NCBI GenBank assembly: GCA_905178155.1
Contig: CAJINV010000010.1
Span: forward strand, 1 to 64,000
Direction: 5' to 3'
From: Amoebophrya sp. A120
Taxonomy: Eukaryota; Protista; Dinoflagellata
DNA length: 64,000 bases
Both the position numbers and the translations under genes were made by a program. Position 1 is the first letter of the stretch; every line of letters begins with the position of its first letter. Positions 53,585 through 64,000 of the stretch are shown here, one piece after another. Under the pieces are notes generated by a model, which saw only the letters and a list, made by a program, of their open reading frames with translations, ran no database searches and had not been told where the DNA came from.

Positions 53585-54385
53585 TATGCTGTGCAAAAAT
53601 ATTGTGTTGATGATTTGGCGTTTTTTGCATGACAGATTCAAACCAAAACGCTTGATCATGACCTTGCGGTCCGAAAATGCAAAAAGAGAAAAACACCAAC
53701 ACAATATGTTTGCAAAGCATAAGCGCGACACTCCCGAACGCGTTCCTCCTAGATGTAGATGTTGATTTTTCCCGCTGCTGGAGCACCGGGCTTTTCGACT
53801 TCTTGATGAGATGGAGATGATTTTCTAGCGGCTTAAGAGGAACACGCTGGAGAATAATCTGGGGCGTTGCAATTTCCGACACACCGGGAGCCATCACGGA
53901 GAGGGGCGAAGCCGTCCCTGTCTTCCGGTAAATGCTTTCCGAAGAGGGTACGAAAAAGACCGAAGTTGTACTTGCTGGAAAACTGGCGGATGTGCTCGCA
54001 CGTCTCGCTGTGCGTACAGCTGGTGGCCTTGTGTTGGGCATCTTCACTCTGCTTTACTTCAAACCAGGCTAACTCTCTAGCGACCACGTGTAACCTATGT
54101 GACATCTGTGTACAAAGACCCTCACCTCACTGCTCTCACTTCGCTCAAACTCTCTTGACCCCAAAAAAAACAATTTTGGCTGGACATTAGACAAAGCGAA
54201 GGCCTTACGAAGGACTGCGAGGCGTAGCTACCTTTGCAGGTAGTTCCACGGCCTACAGCGTGTGCTCGACTACCTTGGTGATATGTTACAAAGGTCCCCA
54301 ACTTTTCTGAATGTGACGCGATGATGTACAACGCAATGCGGTTGCAGCTTGTCCTTTTGGGCTTTAATAAATTAATTTCGTACTA

Positions 54386-56300
54386 CTAGAGCTCGCCGTT
54401 GGCTTCTGCTTCCAACTGGTCCAAGTACTCTGCTTATGGATTGCAAAAATGTCTGGGTCTGGAAGGATGCAACTTGTGATGCTGCATTTGGATTCTACAA
54501 AAATCTGTATTGCATGAACAGCAAAAGAGTTGCAGTTTTTGCGACGGCGAGAGGGCATTTCTCATGCGGTATAGGCATCAGGAAGCCCTCAAAAAATCTG
54601 TGATGCTAGGGTATGCATCACAGACATCAGGGTTCATGCCAAAGCTGCATCGCAAATCTCTGCATCCTTCCAGACCCAGACATTTTTACATTTGATACTG
54701 CTGGAAAGCGGTCCCAAACTTCAGCATTGTGTGTATCCTGTGCAAAAGTATCGTATTCGTATAAATGCAAGTCTTGCATTACAAATTTTTTTCTCAAGGT
54801 AAATCCGCATTACAAATCTTAATTGAATTCTCATGCTGGGGGAACAATTTGTCATGCATTTATACGAGTACGATACTTTTGCACTTCATAGTGTGCTTCA
54901 CGCAGCTATCAATTGCAAATATCCCTGGATGATGTCTGGAAGATTCTAAGGCTTGTCACGCACGTTCTTTTGCATGAGCCATGACGTCCTCTGTGATGCA
55001 TGCCCTAGCATTACAGATTTTTTATTTTTCAGGGCTTCCTGATGTTGCCTATTCCGCATGACAAAAAATACCCTCTCCGCGACGTAGCAAAAATTCCATT
55101 CCCTTTGCTGCGGATGCAAAAATACAGTTTTTTTTGGAATCCAAACGCACCTTCCGATTGACACATCTAAACCCAGATCGATGTTTGCAATTCCATACCT
55201 TTTCCCCCTTGCCAAAACGCTGCGCATCAGTTTGCCTTGCTCCAAAACACTAGGGTCCAAGGGTGCACTATCCCACGAAAGAACTGTTTGTTCACTGTGA
55301 TGATTTTGCAAGATCTGCATCACAAGTTTCATCTTACACATGACACAGAAATAAATTTGCCATGCGCGGCACTTCCAAAGGGAAAACAGCGTCAAAGAGT
55401 CGCGGTCTTGCAGGTGGAGCAAGACAAATAGTTCTGTGATGTTGCCTTCTGTGCATCACAAGTTCACATTGAAACAGTTTTTTCTTGCGATATGCACCGC
55501 CCGCGTAAGTCCTCCGCTTCTCACGTTATCCTGTGCAAAAGTATCGTACTCGTATATTAAATTACATTCATGCACATCTCTTTCTAAGCCTGAAACAGCA
55601 TTACAAATTCCAGTTCTGTTCTTGCCGGAATTTGTGATGCAATTTGTACTAATACGATGCTTTTGCATTGCATACACGTAAGCGCGCAACAAAATTTGTC
55701 CAGAGCGGCGGCGCCGTCATCGTAGTGTCTATCTGGATGTAGGGAAGCAGCAGCGAGTCCTTCTCTTCCTCATACAAAGTTTTGGTGCGGTTTTCTATCC
55801 TGAGTAAAAACATCCCCACCCCATAGTTGTCATGCAGATTTGCGACTACAGGAAGATTTATAATGCGCATCTCCATGAGAGGCATTTCCAATCGCGTTTT
55901 GGAATTTGTAATGCTGTAAACAGGATAAACAGATGGATTTGCGATCCGGTTGTCCTTGCTAACATGCACTACACCTACACTACGGACTGCAACTTCTCAT
56001 GCGTGGCTTCCAAAGCTTGTGGATTTGTCTTGCTAGGACCCCAACTTGACTATGGGGTGGGGACGTTTTTACATATGATATTTTCGGTTCTCTGCCCATC
56101 CAGGGTTTGTACCTCCAGCTCCTGCAGCTTGTCCTTTTGGGCTTTAATAAATAGCTCTTCATCGTCTGCCTCAGTCTTGCCAATAGCCCTGTTGAGGACA
56201 AAATTCTTCTTCTTGTTTCCTCGCGCTGGGCTGGTACTAGAAGAGGCCGCTCCGGACGTCGGTGGTAAGTCTGCGCCTCGAGCAACTTGTTGCTCACCAT
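54386..56300 (-). CDS. hypothetical protein, about 7 exons
   Basis: Frame is kept across 55796-56080, 55527-55674, 55269-55492, 54734-54890 and 54435-54697. The junction at degenerate element 54907-55197 does not follow the 5-bp rule. Shares KAQKDKLQELEV with the 52294 gene. Confidence 0.45.
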
Positions 56301-59004
56301 AAAAAAGATTGTACACTGCAAACAGCTGCAGAATCCTGCTGCTGCACTTGGAATTTCGGTGCACGACGAAAAACATTTTTGATGCAAAATTCAATCACCT
56401 CGACCTTGTAGCAAATGAATTCTGATGAAAATGTTGTTAATTTTTTGTGCAAGAACTACCTGAGTAAACTAAAACTACGTAGAGAAAGAACGCTGTTCTT
56501 ACACTAATCAGTACCCAGCAGGCTGTGAATGAAAAAATGGCAATGGTGCCTGAGCAAGATCATATGTGAGGATCATGATGGTGAGGTGCGATTGTTGAAA
56601 AAATCAAATATGTCATGCAAAACGACAGAGATATAAATTTTAGTTTGATGTTAAATCTAGACCGATATGGACAATACAGAAGAAAATAAAGAAACGACGA
56701 AAGAGAGAGAGATGGGTCGGAAAGGACAACACTTCTGCCCCTACCGTCCAAAGCATATCTGCCACGCTGCTAGGGAAAGCAGCCCTAGGTGGTGGATAAT
56801 GCAATGGTGCTCGCTTAAAACTATGATCCCTGTGCACAGGGCGGGTAGGGGCGCCGGCTCCACCGTCCAAGTGCTCATAGTTTTAACGTGTTGTTAGAGA
56901 TAGAGAAGAGAGGAAGCCGAAACAACACCACACAAAACAAACCAGAGAAGAAAGGATCATCAGAATAATGCAGTTACCGATTGATGACCGACGATTAGCG
57001 TAAGAGCTGGATAATGAAAGAGAGATAGCACGAGCGAGGATACGATGGGAGTACGAATGTCACGAGATCGATCAGGACGAAACTCACGGGCGAGGAATCA
57101 ATGGCGAATACGAATGTCACGAAAAACGATGTCTACGTTCAGCATGATGAGGAGTTCAACGATAAACGATGTCTACGTACAGCTTGGTGAGGAGTGCAAC
57201 GAAGAGGCGACCCGAGCGAAATGATGATGTGAGAAAGCGACGAAGAATTAGCGACGTAGGAACGTAGCGTGACTATAAGCGATGAAAGAAATCTAAGATA
57301 CGAAACTATTCTCTAATAGATCAACCGAAGGATACCGAGGCGCTCATGATCTCTATCGAAAGTGATCTTGGGGACGAACAAACACATAACAAGCAAAATG
57401 TACAAACGCATGCCGGAGAACTGTGCTGTTGATTCAATTTAATTTTTGCATCGAATGAAAAACAAAAAGAATGGATACCGGAGTGCCATGACAGCAGATC
57501 ACCCATAATTTTGCATGATAATTGTCATTCATCATCGTTCATTCGCATTCAATCTAGTATGTTGTATGCATGAGAAACAAATAAAGATAAGAAGTAATTT
57601 TTATACACACTGTCCCGGGATTGGTGAGGGTCATTTTGTTTGATAGTAATGTTGGTTTTCTCGTCAGACTAGCACGCAACGAACCATTACAACAAGCTTC
57701 AACATCAAGATCCGTTTGTATGAATCACACCGAATGTTTGCATATGAACACTGTTCCGAAAATGAAGAGATGACCATACCGATGAAGATGAACAACCGAT
57801 TGCATATACGAGTCAACCGAATTCTTCTCTTGTTATCATTTGCAGAACGAGACTCAAGCGCACGCAACAACAACTTCTGTTTTTCATTTCTGTTTTGTTT
57901 GTAGATCATCTAGAGTCTCCGTCATTCTTAACTACTAACTTCTTAACTATTAATTTATGCGTCTTTTGTCGACAGGGACAGTCGGCATGTAGTTTTGGTT
58001 CGGAACAGCATTTTATTTAAAACTCTGATACAGGAAAGGACGACGTCCTCGGCCTTTGTCAGTTCCGGCGGGGCAAGCGGGTTTTATTGCATTTTCATTG
58101 TTTCATCTTGCTCTGACCGCGTTGCGAGTTCTTTCGCCCTCGAGGACCGTCGCAAGAAAAAGCGGTGGCGTGGCGGTAAAAACAACAAGCACGGCAGGCA
58201 ATCTCACCTGTGCCCTTCACCTTCTCGCGTGCTGTTCGCCGCGTTACTTCTAGACTTTGCACAATATGAAATCAACAGCAGAAAGCACGACCGAAGCGTG
58301 ATGCGCAGTCGCGTCGTGCTGTCGCGAATATTTGGTTTAAAGTTTTTTGCAGCTGTGGCAGTGTCAGCCAAAAAAAGTAAAAAAGAGGAAAAAATAGCTC
58401 GTTCCGCTCTGCCTGTTACACCGATGAAAAGGAGGAGGACTTCGACTATAGAATTCAAACTAGTACCACCACGGCGCTCGTTTAAGTACCTTCATTTCTG
58501 AAGGGACGAACCCTCTAAACACCATCCACATCGGAGGTCAACCGTTCGGGATGAGATAGCACGAAGAGAAAAAACGATGATCGGGGCCGCTTAATTGGGA
58601 AGCGGTGTGAGGAGCGCCACTTGATGTACTAGTTGTCGTCGTGTTCAGATAATACAAAAGGGTAGTCCACCCACACCTTGTTCAGTTTTTACATAGTGAC
58701 AGTCAGGCTTATTTCTGACACAACTGGTTTGATTCTGATTATCTTGATTCGATTTTGGTATTGGTTTCTTAGCTCATAAAAAAGTTGAAATCTTCACGTA
58801 GTTGTTTGTCCATTTCGTTATTTCATTTGTGAGTGATACTTTCGTTGACCATCCAGCACAAAAATTTACATCACGTAAGAATTGTTCGCAAGTACTAGCC
58901 CATTTGTCTTTTATTCACAGTGTTGGTGAAAATAATCGATAAAAATAAATATGAAGTAAACCTAAAGCTGTGCAAGACGAGAACAACAACAACACAGGCC
59001 ACCT

Positions 59005-62000
59005 CTACGGCCCCGCCCCTCCGCTTGTCGGACTGGGTGTTCTAGAAGAAGTCGAGCTTGAATTCGGTATCAACTGTAAAATTGTCTGGGTCTGGAAGAT
59101 TCTGACAGTTGGTTGGTTGGTTGGATAGCGCCTGTCGCCGGTGCAGGTCCCGCCCTCCATCGATTGCGATCCGGAGTAGCCGGAACACAAGGCCCTAGTG
59201 GCACAATCGATCGACGAAGCCCTTTATAACCAGGTCACGGACATCCGGCTGCCGTGGAGTCATTCGCGGGCCAGGCAACGTCTAGGAGCTACGGATTAGG
59301 GATCTTGATGGGCGAGACAGGTCACAGTCATCCGCCTGCCCATCGAAGACGAGCCAGGTCACAGTCATCCAGCTGCGTTCACAGTACGAGCCAGGTCACA
59401 GTCATCCAGCTGACTGCATAAGAACGTCCCCGGCAGCAATCATCGAAGTGAACCCATGGGAAGTGTCGTGAAATGCCAAAGACAGGAATCCCCTGACATA
59501 CGCCAACAAAACCCAATAACCACATGTGACGACGTGGAGAAAGGGTAGACCCCGACTGGCCTACGAGTAGGCCTGATTGCTCCGCTGCGTGGTATTTTCC
59601 CGGGCAAATTTATTTAAAGTGAACCCCGGGCCATTATTACTATCTATTATATTCATGCGAAAAAAGAGGTCTACAGAGGGTAGACGAGAGGTGGCCGAGA
59701 GGTCAAAAAGAGGTCAAAAGAGGTCAAAAAGAGGTCGACAGAGGTGGAGAGGTGGTGCGGGAGGTCATTCGGGAGGGTGGCCAAGAGGTGGCGCGGGTAT
59801 AGCGAGCCGAACCGTTCACCCTAAAGCCGCGCCTATAGGGACCAGAGGGGGCCGAGAGGGTGCCAAGAGGGTAAGCGAGAGGGGGACAGAGGTGCCGAGA
59901 GGTTGCGCGAATAAGGGCGAACCTCTCGCGCACCCTCCTGGCCACCTCTCGGCCACCTCTGTAGACCTCTAACGGCGAGTATAGCCGGACTATTAGCAAC
60001 ACCTCTCGGGAGAGGTAAAAGAGAGGGTCTGCGAGAGGGTACAAACAACCCGAATCCGCCCGGTACAGGGCCGATCTTCTGGGGGATTTTGCATCGCTCG
60101 GGCCCGCACCCTCTCGCGCCACCCTTTCGCGCCACCCTCTCGCGCACCCTCTCGCGCACCCTCTCGCGCCACCCTCTCGCGCACCCTCTCGCGCCACCCT
60201 CTCGCGCCACCCTCTCGCGCACCCTCTCGCGCCACCCTCTCGCGCTACCCTCTTGCGCCAGCAGTTCCGTCGGCCGGGAAGCCATTGGGCGGGGGCGGGA
60301 GAGTGATCAACACAGGGCAGCGCGGCCCCCCTTGTGCTTCGGCACTTACGCCGAGGCGACTTCTCTTTGCCCCCAAGCTTCGCTGCAGCTGCTCCCTGCG
60401 CATAGCGCCTAAAGGCGCGGGAAGCGCGCAGGAGACCCTGCGGGGTTGCATGGCGCAAAACGGCGACAGTATGTTCCTCGGGGGGTGGGGGGCTGTCGCG
60501 CTGTGTCCAAAGCTCTGGCGCGGCGTCCCGATCCGCAAATAGTCCTGCCCTGCCACAACAGCCTAGCGCCCCGGCGTCTGCCGGGGCATGGCTGGTAGTT
60601 GTCACGCACGTTTTGCATGAGCCATGATGTCCGTGATGCATACCCTAGCAATACAGATTTTTTGAGGGCTTCTTGATGCCTATTCCGCGTGACAAATGCC
60701 GTCTCAGCGCAGCAAAAATTGCATTCCCTTTGCTACTCACGCAATGCAGATTTTTTTGGAATCCAAACGCAGCATCACAAGTTGCATTCTTCCAGACCCA
60801 GACATTTTTGCACTTGGTATTCGGTCCTGGCAACCCACCAGCTTCTACCGCATGATCCTCACCCGGTGGCTATCCTGAGTAAAAACGTACCCACACCAGA
60901 GTTGTAATGCAGATTTGCAAAGACAGAAAGACTTATAATGCGCATCCCCATGAGAGCCATTTCCAATCGTGTTTTGGAATTTGTGATGCTGTGAACAGGA
61001 TGAGCAGATGGATCTGTGATGCGGGTGCACTTGCTAACCTGCACTACAATGCATAGTGCAACTTGTCATGCGTGACTCACAAAACTCCTAGGTTTGTGTT
61101 GCAAAATCCCCATCCTGAATCTGGTGTGGGTACGTTTTTACTGAGGATAGTGGCCCACTAGCGTCCCGCAAGTACCTGCCGGGCAGCAGATTGCGATCGT
61201 GCGACGGCCGAATGTCCGGACTGCCACTGCGGCTCCGCGTAGTTTTCGGAAAGGTCGCGGTTCCGGTACTGTTCCTCCTCACTGCAGAATTTGCGATGTT
61301 GCTATCAAATGCAAATATGTTGTAATCTGGGTCTGGGAAGTTTTGATTCAAGTCTGTGAATGTTGACAAGAGCACTGCAATTGTACCCAGCTAAGGCTGT
61401 TGCTGGCAAGAAATTTTTGGGATGCTACGTGTTTCGTTTTCTGCGTGACCAATTTCGTTTTTGCATGACAGGCAAGACCTGCCCCTTTCCCTGCCCGTGA
61501 AACTGCACAGATTTAAGAGTCATACCAGGCACGCATGACAAACTCAAACTTGCATGACATACGTACTTACTCGAGACCCAGAGAACATATTTGCAATGCG
61601 TAGTCGCCCGCAGATGACGAAGAGGACGCCGAAGACGATGCGGAATATCAAATGCAAAAGCGTCTGGGTCTGGAAGAGTGCATGCTTGTCATGCTTGTCT
61701 GGCATGACTCTTAAATCTGTCATGCACGTTACCCAAGAGCCCCATTTTGCTGTCATGCAGAAACGCAGTCTGCCATGCAGAATAGGCAACACCTAGAAGC
61801 TCAAAAGCTTGTCATGCTGAGCCGGCACTTGTGGCCTCTTCATGATACGCCACCCAGCATCACAAGTTTCCAGAACCAGACATTTTTACAATCCATACGG
61901 AAAGCAGGTTGGCAATGGATCCCGGTTGTACTTTCAACACGTCGTCTGCTGGTGCAGTTCTACTTTGGCCGATCATGTCGTCCGCAAAAGTAACCCCTTT

Positions 62001-63850
62001 ATTGGTGTTCGACGTGGATGTTGCAAAAGAACTTGCGGAAGAGGAGGAGTTGGAGGGTGCTGCTGCAACCGCTGGTACAACTCCTGGTAGTGGGGAATAA
62101 GGCAGAGCTTTTTTCGTCCAGGTGTCAGAACCGGCTTGCAGGAATGATAAAGCTGTAGATCCTCCGCTGCTGATATTCGCCGGGCCGGTTTTGTTACTCC
62201 TTGAATTTCCTGTCCCCGTTTCGGAAGGTTTCGGCTCCCGGACCGGCGGGTTGCGGTCCAAGACCCGTTCCACATCCAGCCGATACTGCTCCATCTCCGC
62301 TTCCCGTTCCGCTTGGGTCTTGTAATTCAGGTAGTTGAAGGCTGCCCGGGCATCCGGCTGAACATAGTCGGTCTCGACATGATTCGTCATGCTCTGCTTT
62401 GATCCACCGACAGCTTCACTGTTCCTGATTTCCATCCACCGGGTTATCCCACGAAAAAAGTGTTACAACAGTTACTACACACTTGTAGTCAATTCAGCAA
62501 CACAAATTTCTCTGCATGAGAGAGAAAACTTGTAATGCAGAAATCCTACGGGAAAACACCTATGAAACGAGGCTCATATGCATATCCGGCATGTCAGAGC
62601 TTGGGTGTCTTGCTTGGCCTGCAACACAATGTGTAAGAACTGTAACACTTTTTTCCTGTGATACGAGTTGCTGCGGAATTACTAGGCGGCGACTTGCTGC
62701 CGGAGGTTGCGCGGGGGCGAGAAGAGGAGGAGGAAGAGGATGCTCGTCCTGCATTGTTGTTCATCAACATTCCACCAGCTCCAGACGAGGCACTACTGTA
62801 TTGGCCGGGCCGGTAGTTAAAAGCATTTCTGGTGCCCGAGGAACTTGAAGCGATTTCAGCAGGGACAGCAACCGCGTCCACAGTGTCAAACAGGGACGCT
62901 TTGGTCAGCAGGGAAGTCACATCCTTCTCCCACTCTTTGCTGTTGGACCGGATGGACTTGTACGCCAGCCCAGTGTAACTCCCCCCATCCCCCTCGGAAA
63001 TCCCGTAGGTAGAGAGGAACACGTTGTTCGCGTGGCCACTCAGATCCGCCTGATTCGTATTTGTGGTTGTTGTTCCAACACTTGCATTTGTGATGGATTT
63101 CTTGCTGTTGGTCAGCGGGATGAACCGTTTCTCGATCGGCTGGTGGTTTATCGACCGCGGACTGGCGATTTTCAATCTGTCCCCCGGGTTGATTTTCGTT
63201 CTAGGGGACAAAGGCGAGCTCTGCCCGGGCCCGGACGCGGAGAAGCTGTAACTGCCATAGGGGAGGATCTGCGACGCCTCGCCGCCAAGTGGCGTTGGGT
63301 TATATTGGAACGCATTGCTATTTGTAGTGGTTCCGGTGAACGAGGTATCCCATGTAAAAACATCCCCAGCTGCCCAGAGTTGTCATGCGGATTTGCAAGC
63401 ACGAGAGCATTTGCAATGCGAATCCCCATGAGAGGCATGATTTCCCATTGTGTTTTAGAACTTGTAATGCTGTAAACAGGATGAGGAGACGGATTTGTCA
63501 TGCGGCTTCCCTTGCTATGCTGCACTTCAGTACAGCCTGCAACTTGTCATGCGTGACTCCCAAAACTTCAAGGTTTGTGTTTCAGAATCCCCATCTTGTC
63601 TCTGGGGTGGGGATGTTTTTACTTAGGATACGGGGCACCGCTGATGGAACTGTTCCCAAGCAACTTTCGATTTGTGCCGTACAAATCTCCGAGTAGGTCC
63701 GGATGGCGAAACTTCTCAACCAGCTGCGAGAGCCAGGTGAGGATGTTTGTCGCGGTTGACAAGGACGTCTGTGGCGCCGCACCGGAGACCCCCGCAGCAA
63801 GCCTTAACCGGTGCGACAACTCGTCCGCGACGTAACCCAAGTAGGTTCTC
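59005..63850 (-). CDS. 3' part of a Ser/Gly/Pro-rich hypothetical protein; continues beyond the window
   Basis: Continuous frame across 63346-63630, 62445-62663, 61646-61897, 61303-61602, 60871-61149 and 59068-60819, ending SPTSGGAGP*. Confidence 0.65.
59111..59636 (-). mobile_element. possible non-autonomous retroposon with (AACC)n tail
   Basis: Begins (GGTT)3 on +; apparent agtt duplication (59107-59110 / 60597-60600); internal 16-bp repeats. Confidence 0.4.
59637..60595 (+). mobile_element. non-autonomous Helitron-like element, copy 3
   Basis: a|TTACTATCTATT...GCCCCGGC-gtct-GCCGGGGC atgg CTGG|t. Confidence 0.7.
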
Positions 63851-64000
63851 TATCCATAGGAAATAATTTCCTGTGCACGTCGTACAAATACAAATTATGC
63901 GGCTTCTGCATGACAAAACCTACCTTCCATCCTATATTAGCATGACAAGTGGCATGTTCTAAATGATAGCAAAGTTTGTGATGCATTTTGTCCGTGTACG
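63851..64000. mobile_element. family D introner truncated by the window end
   Basis: TATCCATAGGAAATAATTTCCTG start with TGTnATGC motifs. Confidence 0.7.

Larger units (their letters stand above)
59068..60819. mobile_element. family A introner with two nested insertions
   Basis: DR ttcgg. Confidence 0.85.

Noticed and set aside
57050-57205. Paired short direct repeats (tacgaatgtcacga; aaacgatgtctacgt...gaggagt)
   Set aside because: Two copies each, consistent with ordinary local duplication.
606-63986. Recurrent short ORFs with CKNVWVWK / FQTQTFLH / LQKYRTR peptides as a protein family
   Set aside because: These are translations of element TIRs in varying frames, not genes.

Overview
Eukaryotic protist DNA, most consistent with the parasitic dinoflagellate Amoebophrya (inference from architecture, not from a database match). 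All recognisable genes lie on the minus strand and are split by about 86 short (110-320 bp) elements in about 12 families. Each element has terminal inverted repeats beginning TAT and ending ATA, a 5-bp direct repeat (DR) on its flanks, and no GT-AG ends. By hand, removing each element plus one DR copy joins the fragmented ORFs into continuous frames: a JmjC/cupin oxygenase (640-4618, 9 introns), a small Cys-rich protein, a giant membrane protein of about 4,700 aa with 49 such introns (10065-38644), a DUF285/BspA-like repeat protein and several hypothetical genes. Paralogous duplicates show filled and empty sites, demonstrating insertion with a 5-bp duplication. Other mobile DNA is nested inside these introns: three Helitron-like elements, a hAT-like element carrying a T-shaped palindrome, and a possible retroposon. 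Larger intergenic TIR/foldback elements are also present, one with the same 5-bp DR. No transposase, rRNA, tRNA or CRISPR array was found. Two N gaps (5147-5246, 50030-50340). All reconstructions were done by eye and need RNA-seq confirmation.
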